NCBI GenBank assembly: GCA_038845975.1
Contig: JAWBQF010000002.1
Location: 32,001 to 96,000, forward strand
Length of the DNA: 64,000 nucleotides
Direction of reading: 5' to 3'
Source of the DNA: Candidatus Methanomethylicia archaeon
GTDB lineage: Archaea; Thermoproteota; Methanomethylicia; CALHIW01
Program-made: the position numbers and the translations under genes
Shown: piece by piece, positions 21,689-31,817 of the stretch
Numbering within the stretch: position 1 is the stretch's first letter
How the letters are laid out: every line of letters starts with the position of its first letter
Notes under the pieces: model-generated
What the model was told of the DNA's origin: nothing
Database searches by the model: none
What the model saw: only the letters and a program-made list of their open reading frames with translations

Positions 21689-23146
21689 TTAGGAACTCTT
21701 AACCATCTCCCTCTCAGCTTCTTTAACTATCTCTTCAAGTTTTCTTTTAATATCTAGCGGTAATGGTGTAGGTTCATGTTCAGCTAGGATCTTTCTAACA
21801 GCCTCCCTAGCTCTCTCACCTATATCTTTCCTACCTTTCCTCATCCATGCTTCAAGTTTACTTTTATCAAATATTTGAGCAGTATAAAGCTCTCTTAAAT
21901 GCTTTAAAGTATGTTTCTGTGAGAAGAAATGTCCATGAGGTCCAACACTCTTGATAATGTCAATAGCTAGTGTTTCATCATTAACAGTAACTCCCTTAAT
22001 TATGTTTAGAACGTTTTCAATAATTTCATCACATATTACAGCCATTTCAAGAGAACCAGCACTTCCACTTGCAAGATATCCGCAGTCATGTATTAATGTT
22101 ACTCCTACAAGCGCACTTATTAATAATAGCATTGTAGCTTCACAACCAGCTTGAGCATCTGGAACTTTTGAGTCAATAGCTCCGCCAAGCCCGAAGCATG
22201 GTAGATTATAGAATTCAGCTAATTGACCGTTTAAAACCCCAAATGTAAGAGCATTCTCTGGAGATGCATATGTTGCAGTTCCTGTTTTCTGATCCATAAC
22301 TACGCCCCAAGCTGCATATATTACTGGTGAATTAGGCTTAACAAGTTGAATAAGTGTTATTGATGCAAGTGCTTCAGCATTTGATACTGCTACGGCACCA
22401 GCTGGCGTTATAGGTCCTGTAGCACCTAGAATTGTTGCTGGACCCAGTGTAACAGGTATTCCTGCTCTTGCACATTCTATCATATTCTCATTTTCAAGGG
22501 TAAACTTTAATGGAGATACTGTTTCAGAGTAAATACTAAGTATTGGATTCCTTCTTAATTCATCTTCTCCACCAACAATTTCAGAAGCCATTCTGATAAC
22601 GTATCTTGTACATTTAGCAAATGGAGCTGAGTAAATAATTGGCTTTTCAGTATTGTTAAATAATGCTTCGAATTCATGTATGTATTCGACCTCGTAGGGT
22701 ACATCAAATGCTCCAGCAATATTCATTATAAATGACATATTTCGAAGAGCATTACCTAACTTAGCCATCTCCATAACATCTGTTTTACTAGGTCTTCTGA
22801 ATTCTCCTGTTCTCCAATCTCTTACGTATGGTACAGGAGTTCCCCCCATGCCGAAGTAAACTCTACCATTTTCAATAAGAATACTATACTTAGGATTTCT
22901 ACCATGAAGAATAAATTGCTTCTTAGATTTCTTAATGCATTCTTCAATTAGGTAACTTGGTATTCTAATTCTTTTCCCCTTAAAGTCAACATTAGCTCCA
23001 GCATCATTAAAAATCTTTAAAATCAATTCAGATTCTGAATGCATACCAGTATTCTCTAAAATTTCAAGCGATGCATTATGAATACTTGTAAGCTCATTCT
23101 TATTGAGAAATTTTAAAACTTGACATTTAGGACCTCTAATAACCAT
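21689..23146 (-). CDS. MttB-superfamily methyltransferase without pyrrolysine
   Basis: GATGPITPAG..NAE, GGAIDSKVPDAQAG. Confidence 0.93.
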   Translation of the reverse strand: MVIRGPKCQVLKFLNKNELTSIHNASLEILENTGMHSESELILKIFNDAGANVDFKGKRIRIPSYLIEECIKKSKKQFILHGRNPKYSILIENGRVYFGMGGTPVPYVRDWRTGEFRRPSKTDVMEMAKLGNALRNMSFIMNIAGAFDVPYEVEYIHEFEALFNNTEKPIIYSAPFAKCTRYVIRMASEIVGGEDELRRNPILSIYSETVSPLKFTLENENMIECARAGIPVTLGPATILGATGPITPAGAVAVSNAEALASITLIQLVKPNSPVIYAAWGVVMDQKTGTATYASPENALTFGVLNGQLAEFYNLPCFGLGGAIDSKVPDAQAGCEATMLLLISALVGVTLIHDCGYLASGSAGSLEMAVICDEIIENVLNIIKGVTVNDETLAIDIIKSVGPHGHFFSQKHTLKHLRELYTAQIFDKSKLEAWMRKGRKDIGERAREAVRKILAEHEPTPLPLDIKRKLEEIVKEAEREMVKSS

Positions 23147-23386
23147 TTAAACACCGATTGAGATAAATATCACAGTATATAAAGGTTATCATAATAAACA
23201 TTCTATAAAATTCATATAGCATTTATAGAATCCTAACTAAAATACTTGGAAAATTGAAACTATAAGGTACGAAGACAAATATTTAAACCATTAATAACAT
23301 GTTTAATCTGTTTACTAGTAGCTTAACTACAATCGGTAGTGAGACAGTAATTAATTTAATAGGAATCTTCAAAAAAAGGTAGTTGG

Positions 23387-24610
23387 TTAGCTAATTGGTG
23401 GATATATTTGCTTTGCAGCCATTGGGTCTTGATTTATCTCTGTGAATTCAAAGGTGAATTGAGTCATTCCTATCCATTGATGCCAGAGAGGTTGTTTAGG
23501 TGTTGGATCGTTAATAAGCTTAATGGTTCCTGTTGTTCCTTCTATTTCTATGTTTTCAATGTATTTAGCTAGAGTATCTGGATTTGTGGAGCCTGTTGCC
23601 TCAATAGCTTTACATAGAATTCTTAAGCAGTCCCAGTACCAATATAATGCGATAAATGGGTCTTTACCATACTTTTCCTTATATAACTTTCTAAACTCTT
23701 CCCCTGTTTTCGTTAGTTTCATATATGGTGAATAATAGGTTGGATACATTGAGCCTACACCACCTTTACCTACAGCCTCCCAGAATGATTTCGGATCCCA
23801 TGTTGGACAATCATTTCCAAAATAAATTTTAATGCCTAAATCTAGAAATCCAAGCTCTACAGCTTGTTTTGCTGCGACGAATGCATGTGGCACATTTAAA
23901 TGTATAACTAGAACATCTGGTTTAGGATCTAAAGCCTTAATTCTACTTAGCTCAGGTGTATAATCTGCTTTACCCATTGCTGCCGGTATAAATGTAAACT
24001 TTACTTCTGGAAATATTTTCTTAGCCCACTCTACTAAAGCATCCCTCTGACCAAAACCATATGGTGATTCCTCAACTAATACAGCAATATTCTTCCATTC
24101 TTTCCATTTGAAGAATTCAAGAGCCTGTCCAGCAATAAGTGAATTGTATACTCCAATTCTAAATACATATTTATAGTGGTTTGCCGTTATCTCATCAGCC
24201 CAACTGTATGTTACAAACATTATTGTTGGGAATTTTTCTGTTGCTTCAGCAACTGGGAGTGCAACTAGACTCTCCCATGGACCTATTAATCCAGCTATTT
24301 TATCTTGAGTAACCATTCTTTGAAGATGTGAAATAGCAACACCAGGATCTAGTGTTTGATCAGCAACAACAAGCTCCAACTCCCTACCAGCAACCCCACC
24401 CTGCTTATTCATCCACTCAACAAAAAGCTGAGCAGTTTCAAGTATAAGCTTTCCGGAAACATAGTCTGCTGGTGGTGATAGTGGTGTTATTACACCAATC
24501 TTTATTTTCTCCCTAGGTTTAGGTATAAGCGTAAAGTAAGCAATAACAGCAATAGCAGCAACCACAATTACAGCTACTATTATAGCACCAATAATTTTTG
24601 TACTAACCAT
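23387..24610 (-). CDS. Liv-type ABC substrate-binding protein, paralog of 18443..19687
   Basis: Long blocks identical to the other copy at a constant offset of 4944 bp. Confidence 0.9.
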   Translation of the reverse strand: MVSTKIIGAIIVAVIVVAAIAVIAYFTLIPKPREKIKIGVITPLSPPADYVSGKLILETAQLFVEWMNKQGGVAGRELELVVADQTLDPGVAISHLQRMVTQDKIAGLIGPWESLVALPVAEATEKFPTIMFVTYSWADEITANHYKYVFRIGVYNSLIAGQALEFFKWKEWKNIAVLVEESPYGFGQRDALVEWAKKIFPEVKFTFIPAAMGKADYTPELSRIKALDPKPDVLVIHLNVPHAFVAAKQAVELGFLDLGIKIYFGNDCPTWDPKSFWEAVGKGGVGSMYPTYYSPYMKLTKTGEEFRKLYKEKYGKDPFIALYWYWDCLRILCKAIEATGSTNPDTLAKYIENIEIEGTTGTIKLINDPTPKQPLWHQWIGMTQFTFEFTEINQDPMAAKQIYPPIS

Positions 24611-24666
24611 TCAAATCCCCATATTTAGGGGAAAGTACGTATATAAATTTTGCTACAGCTAATTGA

Positions 24667-25324
24667 GATACTGTCAAGTTATTTTGGGGGTTTGGGAAGC
24701 TGTTTTTGGAGGTCTATTAGGTGGTTTCTTAAAGCCTTTGAGGATAGTGGTTTGTTAGGATTGATAGGTTTTCGGATGTGGGTTAGGGCTGTTCTGCTAT
24801 ATGGTTGGCTTGAGCTATAGGGGATAATCTACGTTTTGGGGTTTGTGTGTAGCTACGAGGCTGTAGGGCTTGGGTTGGAAGCTGGAACGCGTAACGGTTA
24901 ACGTTGGAGTTAGGTGTATGGTAGTAGTTGGTGGGGTAGGATTAGGGCTTATGGAATGATGATGTGTATGGGCTGCTATAGATGTTTATACGTGTAACGT
25001 ATGGGCTTCATGGCGGAGAAGTATCCTCCATGAAGCCTTCATGAGGAGGGTTTTGGAGGCATGTATGAATAGCCATTATCCTCGTGGCCCCTATATCCTG
25101 AAGCCCTTCAGGCCTTAAATGGATTCATAGAACCTTCGGCGAGGGAAACGTATTGAACGATGGTTTAGAACAATGAAAGCTAGGACTAGAGCTTCTTTAA
25201 CAACTTCCAGTAAAGCCTATCTTCAAGATAAACTCTCCATAAGGCTCTTCATCCCATGTACAACTTCATAAGACCACATCAAACCCTAAAGAGACCACCA
25301 GCAAGCCAACAACTTGACAGTATC
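24667..25324 (+). mobile_element. Decayed IS6-family element with perfect 14-bp TIRs and 9-bp target-site duplication
   Basis: TIR gatactgtcaagtt / aacttgacagtatc; gctaattga at 24658-24666 and 25325-25333; fragments GLSYR, VWAAIDV, IERWFRTMKARTR, YNFIRPHQTL. Confidence 0.92.
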
Positions 25325-25623
25325 GCTAATTGATGTCTTATCAACTCTAGAATCTTTATTATTTCATCATTAATATATTTCTATAATTTTTATTATCTAA
25401 ATTCCTAATAACATTTATTATGATTGCTTAAATATCTTAAAAAGAAAATAAATCACTCCAACTTACCTAACGCATATCTATTATTAACATTATTGAGCTT
25501 ATGTTATTTTATATCCATTACAACTTATCAACAAACTAAATATAAACATCTAAAGTTGACAGGGTATATTCTTCTAAACGTAAACTTTAAATATTCAGCC
25601 TTATAGTTTTGGTGGTGTTGTTA

Positions 25624-26277
25624 ATGTCTACAAATCTTGTTAACGAGTTAAGGGAAGCAGTTTTAAGCTATGATCTAGATACGTTGATTAATGCTGTTAA
25701 GAAAAGCTTGGAGAAGGGAGTAAGTGCTATTGACGTTATTAATGCTTTAACTGTTGTTTTAAGGGAAGTGGGAGATAAGTTTCAAGCTGGTAGTCTATTT
25801 CTTGCTGAGCTTGTAGCAATAGCTGAGAACGTTAAGACAGCTATTTCTGAAGTTCTTGAGCCTGAACTTAAGAAGATAGGTGGTGAAAGAAAGTCTTTAG
25901 GTAAGGTTGTTATTGGAACTGTTCATGGAGATATTCATGATATAGGTAAGAATATTGTTGCATCAATGCTTTTCGCAGCTGGATTTGAAGTCTACGACTT
26001 AGGTAAGGATGTACCCGTAGAGGAGTTTGTAGGAAAGGCTAGAGAGGTTAATGCAGATATTATTGCTATGTCTGCTCTTCTAAGTACAACTCTACCAGTA
26101 CAGAGAGAAGTTATTGAGAGGTTAAGTAGAGAGGGATTGAAAGAAAAGATAAAAGTTATGGTTGGAGGGGCTCCAGTAACTAAGGAGTGGGCTGAAGAGA
26201 TTGGAGCTGATGGGTATGGTGAGGATGCAATAGAAGCTGTAAGGGTAGCTAAAACGTTATCAGGTGTAAGGGAGTAG
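25624..26277 (+). CDS. Methyltransferase cognate corrinoid protein (MttC-like)
   Basis: GDIHDIGKNIV, SALLSTT, VGGAP; directly upstream of an MttB homolog. Confidence 0.92.
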   Translation: MSTNLVNELREAVLSYDLDTLINAVKKSLEKGVSAIDVINALTVVLREVGDKFQAGSLFLAELVAIAENVKTAISEVLEPELKKIGGERKSLGKVVIGTVHGDIHDIGKNIVASMLFAAGFEVYDLGKDVPVEEFVGKAREVNADIIAMSALLSTTLPVQREVIERLSREGLKEKIKVMVGGAPVTKEWAEEIGADGYGEDAIEAVRVAKTLSGVRE

Positions 26278-26285
26278 GGGGAAAA

Positions 26286-27713
26286 TTGACTAGAGGATTA
26301 ACTGGTAGACAGTTAAAGTTTTTATCAGAAGAGGAAATTAGAAAAATACATGAAATATCTCTTAGAATACTTGAGGAAGTAGGTGTTAAATCAACTTCAA
26401 AAAGAATACTTGAAGTACTTAGTCGTTCAGGTATAGATGTAAATGTTGATAAGGGAATTGCTAGGATTTCGAGAAGCCATGTTGAGGAAGCTTTAAAGAA
26501 AGCCCCTAAAAGAATTGTTATATATGGACGTAGCCAGGAGAATGCAGTAATTCTTGAAAATGGACGTGTTTATTTCGGTCTTGGAGGTACGCCAACACCC
26601 TACATACTTGATGTAGAGAGTGGAGAATTTCGCAGACCAGGTGTAAGAGATGTAGCTGAAGCTACAAGACTTGGAGATTCATTATCTAATATAGACTTTA
26701 TAATGACAATAGCTGGAGCATTTGATGTACCGTATGAAGTGGAGTACCTATACGAGTGGAAAACCATACTAAGCAATACTAGTAAGCCTATAGTTTACCC
26801 AGCGCCTGGAATCATAAATGCTGAAAAAGTAGTTAGAATGGGTATAGCTATAGCTGGAAATGAGGATGAATTTAGAAGGAAGCCAATATTTGGAGTTTAT
26901 GTTGAAATGCCCTCACCACTTACATTACATGATGCAAACGAAAACATTATAGTTCTAGCTGAAAAAGAGGTCCCAATAGTAATTGGGCAAATGCCACAAC
27001 TTGGAGCTACAGCTCCAGTAACTTTTGCAGGTGCAGCTGCCTTAAGCAATGCTGAAAATCTAGCTGCCCTAACACTTACACAAATAATTAATCCTGGAGC
27101 TCCATTCATATATGGGGGATACGTAACATTAATGGATCAGAAAACGGGTAGATGTGCTTACGGTGCTCCTGAGTTTGCTATGGGTAATATTGTTGATTCA
27201 GCTCTTGCAACATACTATGGTCTTCCATGCTTTGGATGGGGTGGATGTAGTGATAGTAAGGAGCCTGATGTTCAGGCAGGAGTTGAAGTCATGATGAATT
27301 CTCTAGTAGCTGCACTTTCAGGAGTTAATCTTATTCATGATTTCGGCTATCTTGCAGGTGGAAGTGTTGGATCTATGGAAATGGCTGTAATAGGAAATGA
27401 AGTTGCTGGAATGATTAAGAGAATATTAATGGGAATAAAGGTGGATGATGAGGATCTAGCATTTAACGTAGTGAAAGATATTGGTCCAAGTGGACACTTT
27501 CTAAGCCATCCACATACATTAAAGCATCTTAGGAGCGAAATTTACATGCCTGAAATATTTAATAGGGATAGTGAAGCTAAATGGATTCGATCCGGAAAGC
27601 CTAGTGTTAGAAACAGTATTAAAAGAAGAGTTAGAGAGATATTGAAGACACATAATCCAGAACCTCTACCTGAAGATATTCAGAGAAAAATAGAGGAAAT
27701 AATAAGAAATTAA
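26286..27713 (+). CDS. MttB-superfamily methyltransferase without pyrrolysine
   Basis: GATAPVTFAG..NAE, GGCSDSKEPDVQAG; closest to 21689..23146 (shared GGTP.PY and AGAFDVPYEVEY). Confidence 0.93.
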   Translation: MTRGLTGRQLKFLSEEEIRKIHEISLRILEEVGVKSTSKRILEVLSRSGIDVNVDKGIARISRSHVEEALKKAPKRIVIYGRSQENAVILENGRVYFGLGGTPTPYILDVESGEFRRPGVRDVAEATRLGDSLSNIDFIMTIAGAFDVPYEVEYLYEWKTILSNTSKPIVYPAPGIINAEKVVRMGIAIAGNEDEFRRKPIFGVYVEMPSPLTLHDANENIIVLAEKEVPIVIGQMPQLGATAPVTFAGAAALSNAENLAALTLTQIINPGAPFIYGGYVTLMDQKTGRCAYGAPEFAMGNIVDSALATYYGLPCFGWGGCSDSKEPDVQAGVEVMMNSLVAALSGVNLIHDFGYLAGGSVGSMEMAVIGNEVAGMIKRILMGIKVDDEDLAFNVVKDIGPSGHFLSHPHTLKHLRSEIYMPEIFNRDSEAKWIRSGKPSVRNSIKRRVREILKTHNPEPLPEDIQRKIEEIIRN

Positions 27714-27714
27714 T

Positions 27715-29013
27715 TTATTTTTTTAATGTATAAGTTATTGAGGCGTAGGGAAGAGCTAATATTGCTGAGCTTTTACCGTGAATTTTCAACGCATCATTTA
27801 ATGCGTCCTCAACATTTATGAAGTGCTTCATTTTAAACGTTTTCAATTCACTACTTGAAAGATTATTGCTTACAACAGATACATTGAAGTGTCTAGTCAT
27901 CCATAGAAACTGGTAGCCAATACATGATTCAAAAGATGGAATTACATCTCTTTCAGTTAAATCCAAAACCTCCTCGGCATCCTCGTATTTAGTAAAGAAT
28001 TTCTTAAATTCATCAACTTCTGTTCCCTCATATATGCCCTTATAGCATGATGAAGCTAGAATTATTGATCCTCCATCCTTAACCAAATCTTCAACAGCAG
28101 CAAGCATACGTGAACCTGACTGATATAAGCTTACTTCATGACTAAACACACCTGGACTTGCAACTACAATATCAACTTTCCCCTCAATGGGCTCGCTTGA
28201 ACTTAAAACATTCTTAGCAAAAGCTTGAGCCTCATAAAATGTTTTAATAACATCTCCAACATAAACCCCAAGAATATTGCCTTTATGGTCTTGAATGACG
28301 TTAACTATTAAGTCTACGCCTACTCGTTGAGCATAATCATCTATATCCTGACGTACAATATTCCCCTCAATCAATCCAAACATGGCACCTCTTCTAGCCT
28401 TCCTTACATTCCTAACGAATAGTTTATGGTTTTCATGAATACTTTGCCTACTCGATATTCCGGGCATAACAGTCTTCCCACCGCCACTCCACCCTACAAG
28501 CATACATGGCCCAATAGTTCCAGCTATAATTTTAACATCAGCTTCAGCAAACATTTTATTAACCTGAATGGTTGTTCCAAGACTTGTAGCTCCAAGCTCA
28601 GTTAAGCTTGACTTATCGTATGGATCATTATTAATTACTTTAACCCTATCAACAACTTCTTCACCAAGTATTTTAATAATACTATCCCTACTTTCAGGAC
28701 TATGCATTCCAGTAGCTATTAATATAGTAATATCTCTACTCCATACACCTAAATTTTCAAGTTCTCTAATAACTGTTGAAGCTATTAAGCTACTTGGCGT
28801 AGGTCGAGTACTATCAGGAACAGCAATAGCAATCCTAGTACCAGACTTAACTATTCCGCTAAGCTGGTTCCGTACACCATTTATAATAATCCTTCTAACT
28901 TCATCATTACTTAATGCATAGCCAAATCTAGGCTTAACCTCCCTAATAGAGACATCTCTTAACTCTACACTAACTTCACATCCACCATATGGGAGGGTTA
29001 ATATATTTCTCAC
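27715..29013 (-). CDS. LarA (nickel-pincer lactate racemase, DUF2088) superfamily protein
   Basis: PDSTRP, ATGMH, SGGGK..PG, NH, LYQ motifs. Confidence 0.85.
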   Translation of the reverse strand: MRNILTLPYGGCEVSVELRDVSIREVKPRFGYALSNDEVRRIIINGVRNQLSGIVKSGTRIAIAVPDSTRPTPSSLIASTVIRELENLGVWSRDITILIATGMHSPESRDSIIKILGEEVVDRVKVINNDPYDKSSLTELGATSLGTTIQVNKMFAEADVKIIAGTIGPCMLVGWSGGGKTVMPGISSRQSIHENHKLFVRNVRKARRGAMFGLIEGNIVRQDIDDYAQRVGVDLIVNVIQDHKGNILGVYVGDVIKTFYEAQAFAKNVLSSSEPIEGKVDIVVASPGVFSHEVSLYQSGSRMLAAVEDLVKDGGSIILASSCYKGIYEGTEVDEFKKFFTKYEDAEEVLDLTERDVIPSFESCIGYQFLWMTRHFNVSVVSNNLSSSELKTFKMKHFINVEDALNDALKIHGKSSAILALPYASITYTLKK

Positions 29014-29590
29014 ATGTAGTGCTTTAAAGGGGAAATATAAACTTTACCCTAACATTAAAGTATCTTGCTAACTTCAGAAGTTTAATTGAGGTACTCTCAC
29101 TTTATTGAGTATAATTAGTAGTTATGGATTATTTAAGAAGTAAGATAATAGAGGTATTTAGTTTATAATTAGATATTAGGGAATAAGATAGTAGCTATGA
29201 TAGTCTAAACACTGAATATCAACAGTTTATTTATGAATTCATCTGAAAAACTTTTAAATATTGTTAAGACTTAATTTAGGTTAATAATTTAACCATACAA
29301 TTAATCATGGAGTTTTCAAATAGACTCGATGTTTAAATTATTGTTAAAAGTCAATATCCCTTATTAATATTGAATCACAGCATGGCTCTTAAAGCCTTTT
29401 AGAGAACTAGGATTACCATAATTAGAATTTCAGTGAGAATCATATATTCATTGTTTAAGTAAAGAACTAGGTTATTATTCAACTCATACAACATCAAATT
29501 CAATAAGCATATCCTAGATGATGAAGGAGCACTTGATTCTAGAATTTGCTTACTAAATTATACTACAATCACCTAAGAGGTGAGTTTAAG

Positions 29591-29973
29591 TTGCCTGAAC
29601 AAAATGAAATTTATATTAAGGCATCCACTAAATATAGAAGCAATTATGATAAGCTCCGAAATGACCAAGTTTATCAAGTATTTGTTTGATGAAGCTAATA
29701 GTTATTTAGCAAAAAGAGACTCCATTTAATCATCTGAGAAGTTATATAGGGTAGCTGAGAGAGAAGAACAATGGACAGTTATGCTTCTTGAAAAAGATGT
29801 TGGAAGACTTGTAGATAAAATTAGTATAGATGTTGAGCTTGGATAGGTACAGCAAATTATCTACATATATGTAGAGCATGCAAAATAAAACTTGATGTAG
29901 AAGATATCAAAAGAAGGGGCTGATAATGAAAAGACTTGTAGAACTAATAGAGAGATACTGAAATTCAATACTA
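29591..29973 (+). pseudogene. PaREP1-family pseudogene
   Basis: Fragments DEANSYLAKRDSI*SSEKLYRVAE, WTVMLLEK, ANYLHI with stops and frameshifts; limits approximate. Confidence 0.7.
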
Positions 29974-30407
29974 GTCTTCTTATTATTTACATAGTGAATT
30001 TAATTTAGCTCATGTTACGGCTTAACCTATATTATTTGATAGGAATTAACATGCTTAGTAGTACCATAATAAGCTACGGGTAGAACCGTAAAAATGTTAA
30101 CATCTTATTGTCTTAAAATACTTATATGAGCATAGCAGCTTAGTAATAGAGTCTTCTGTAGTACTTTGAATAATTGATAAATACATAAATTATCTATTAA
30201 AACTGTGTTACAACTTGATGAAGCTATGTAAAACATTATATGCCTAAAGGCTCTGTAAACTTTAGATATGAAAGTATAGGATGATAGCTCGATTTCGTAG
30301 AGTTACTTAATTCAGAATTGGAGCTCTATTCTTTTGCTAAGTTCCATTGTAAATTGAGGATAGATAGAGTTAAAAGTAGGCTTTACTACTAACTACAGGG
30401 TGGTATT

Positions 30408-30851
30408 ACGGCTTCAGTTAAGAAAATCAATGAAAAAACACAACAGTTAGTATCAGAGTATAATGCATTACAGCTTTTAATAGATAGATTACAGAAGCAG
30501 ATGGAAATTATAAATGCATCCATGTCTGATGTTCAGTCAGCACTGTCAGCTCTAGATGAGCTTAAAAAGCACTCTGAAGAAAATGAGATACTTGCTAATA
30601 TTGGTGCGGGAGTTCTTCTTAAAGTAAAATATATTCCAGGAACTAAGATTATAGTGCCTCTAAATCCAAGTACATATATAGAGACAACAATTGATGAAGC
30701 TAAAAACATTCTTGAAAGAAAAATGGAGAGACTTAACTCAGCACAAGTTGAAGTTAGAAAACAGTTAAGTCAAGCAGCTTCAAGACTAAGTGAAATAGAG
30801 CCAAAACTACGTACAATTCTTCAAGAGGAAACTACAGGAAGAGGAGGTTGA
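30408..30851 (+). CDS. pfdA: Prefoldin alpha subunit (start apparently ACG at 30408)
   Basis: Helix-hairpin-helix, EILANIGAGV..IIVPL..YIE..DEA; frame is open upstream of ATG 30501 and encodes the N-terminal helix. Confidence 0.82.
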   Translation, partial: TASVKKINEKTQQLVSEYNALQLLIDRLQKQMEIINASMSDVQSALSALDELKKHSEENEILANIGAGVLLKVKYIPGTKIIVPLNPSTYIETTIDEAKNILERKMERLNSAQVEVRKQLSQAASRLSEIEPKLRTILQEETTGRGG

Positions 30852-31817
30852 AGTACACTACTATACACTTGCAAATAATATAGCTACAATCATAATTACA
30901 GTCTCTTTCTCTAATAGTAATCCATTTTAAGGTGAAAAACAATCCAGCTATGGAAACAGATCTTAATAAATGTTCGTCACACAAATGGGAAAGTATGATG
31001 AAGCTATAAAAACATTCTAGAATCAATGTTTAATTTATAAACTAATAGATTTTGTCTTGTTAACTTAGCTATTAATTACATAATCTAAAGTTCACGGAAC
31101 AATAAATGGCTTTGTTAACTTAAGCATGTTTATTACCTCTATTTTTAGTATTGTATTTTCTATTAATTCTTAGCTTTACCTTCTTATCAATCCATATTCG
31201 TTTAGTAGTATACTATTAAGTATTAATACATGTTCATTATCGCATTTATCCTTCATACACAGTATGTAATTATTGAATATCTAGTTCTATCCTTAATGTA
31301 TAATCCCCTATTAATTCTATTAAGCTATACTATGTTTAATTAAGCATGATGCTTGTAGTAATGAGTATAATTTAATACAATTACATTAACCGTAGATAGC
31401 TTTAATCTTCTAGGAATGTTAGTGATGTAAGCATATTTACAGCATTACGGAGACATGTATAGAATGTAATTATCGAATCCTCCTTAATAATGGCTTAAAA
31501 TCAACATAACAATCTTCCTCATAAACCTACAATTATAATAGTATCATCAACCATAACAATCCTAACATATTTCTATCGAATTCAAAAAAGACTTAAACCT
31601 AATATAGATACATAACTTCTATTAACAGTAAAAACTTAGAATATCTAAAGCCATCCTAGACGAATGAAAATATGTAAGCACCATAAAAACTAAATTAAAT
31701 GTGGTTCTCTCCTTTTTCCGTTTGATACTATAAATAAGAGAGAACCTTAAATAAAGCTAAGGTTAACAAAGCCTGATAAATTTTGGAAAGACTTATATAT
31801 TTCGAAAATATAACACA

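Noticed and set aside
18443-24610. Diversity-generating retroelement behind the paired repeats
   Set aside because: No reverse transcriptase, both copies are full genes, and differences are not adenine-specific.
25424-25606. 60-aa ORF before the corrinoid gene
   Set aside because: AT-rich promoter-like DNA with no SD and no motif.
1-27713. Pyrrolysine (TAG) read-through in the methyltransferases
   Set aside because: The four MttB ORFs are uninterrupted, the MtmB Pyl-equivalent codon is ATG, and no pyl genes are seen; in-frame TAGs were noticed only in frameshifted pseudogenes.
30832-31026. 64-aa Cys-containing ORF
   Set aside because: Overlaps the prefoldin end and has no recognisable motif or start signal.
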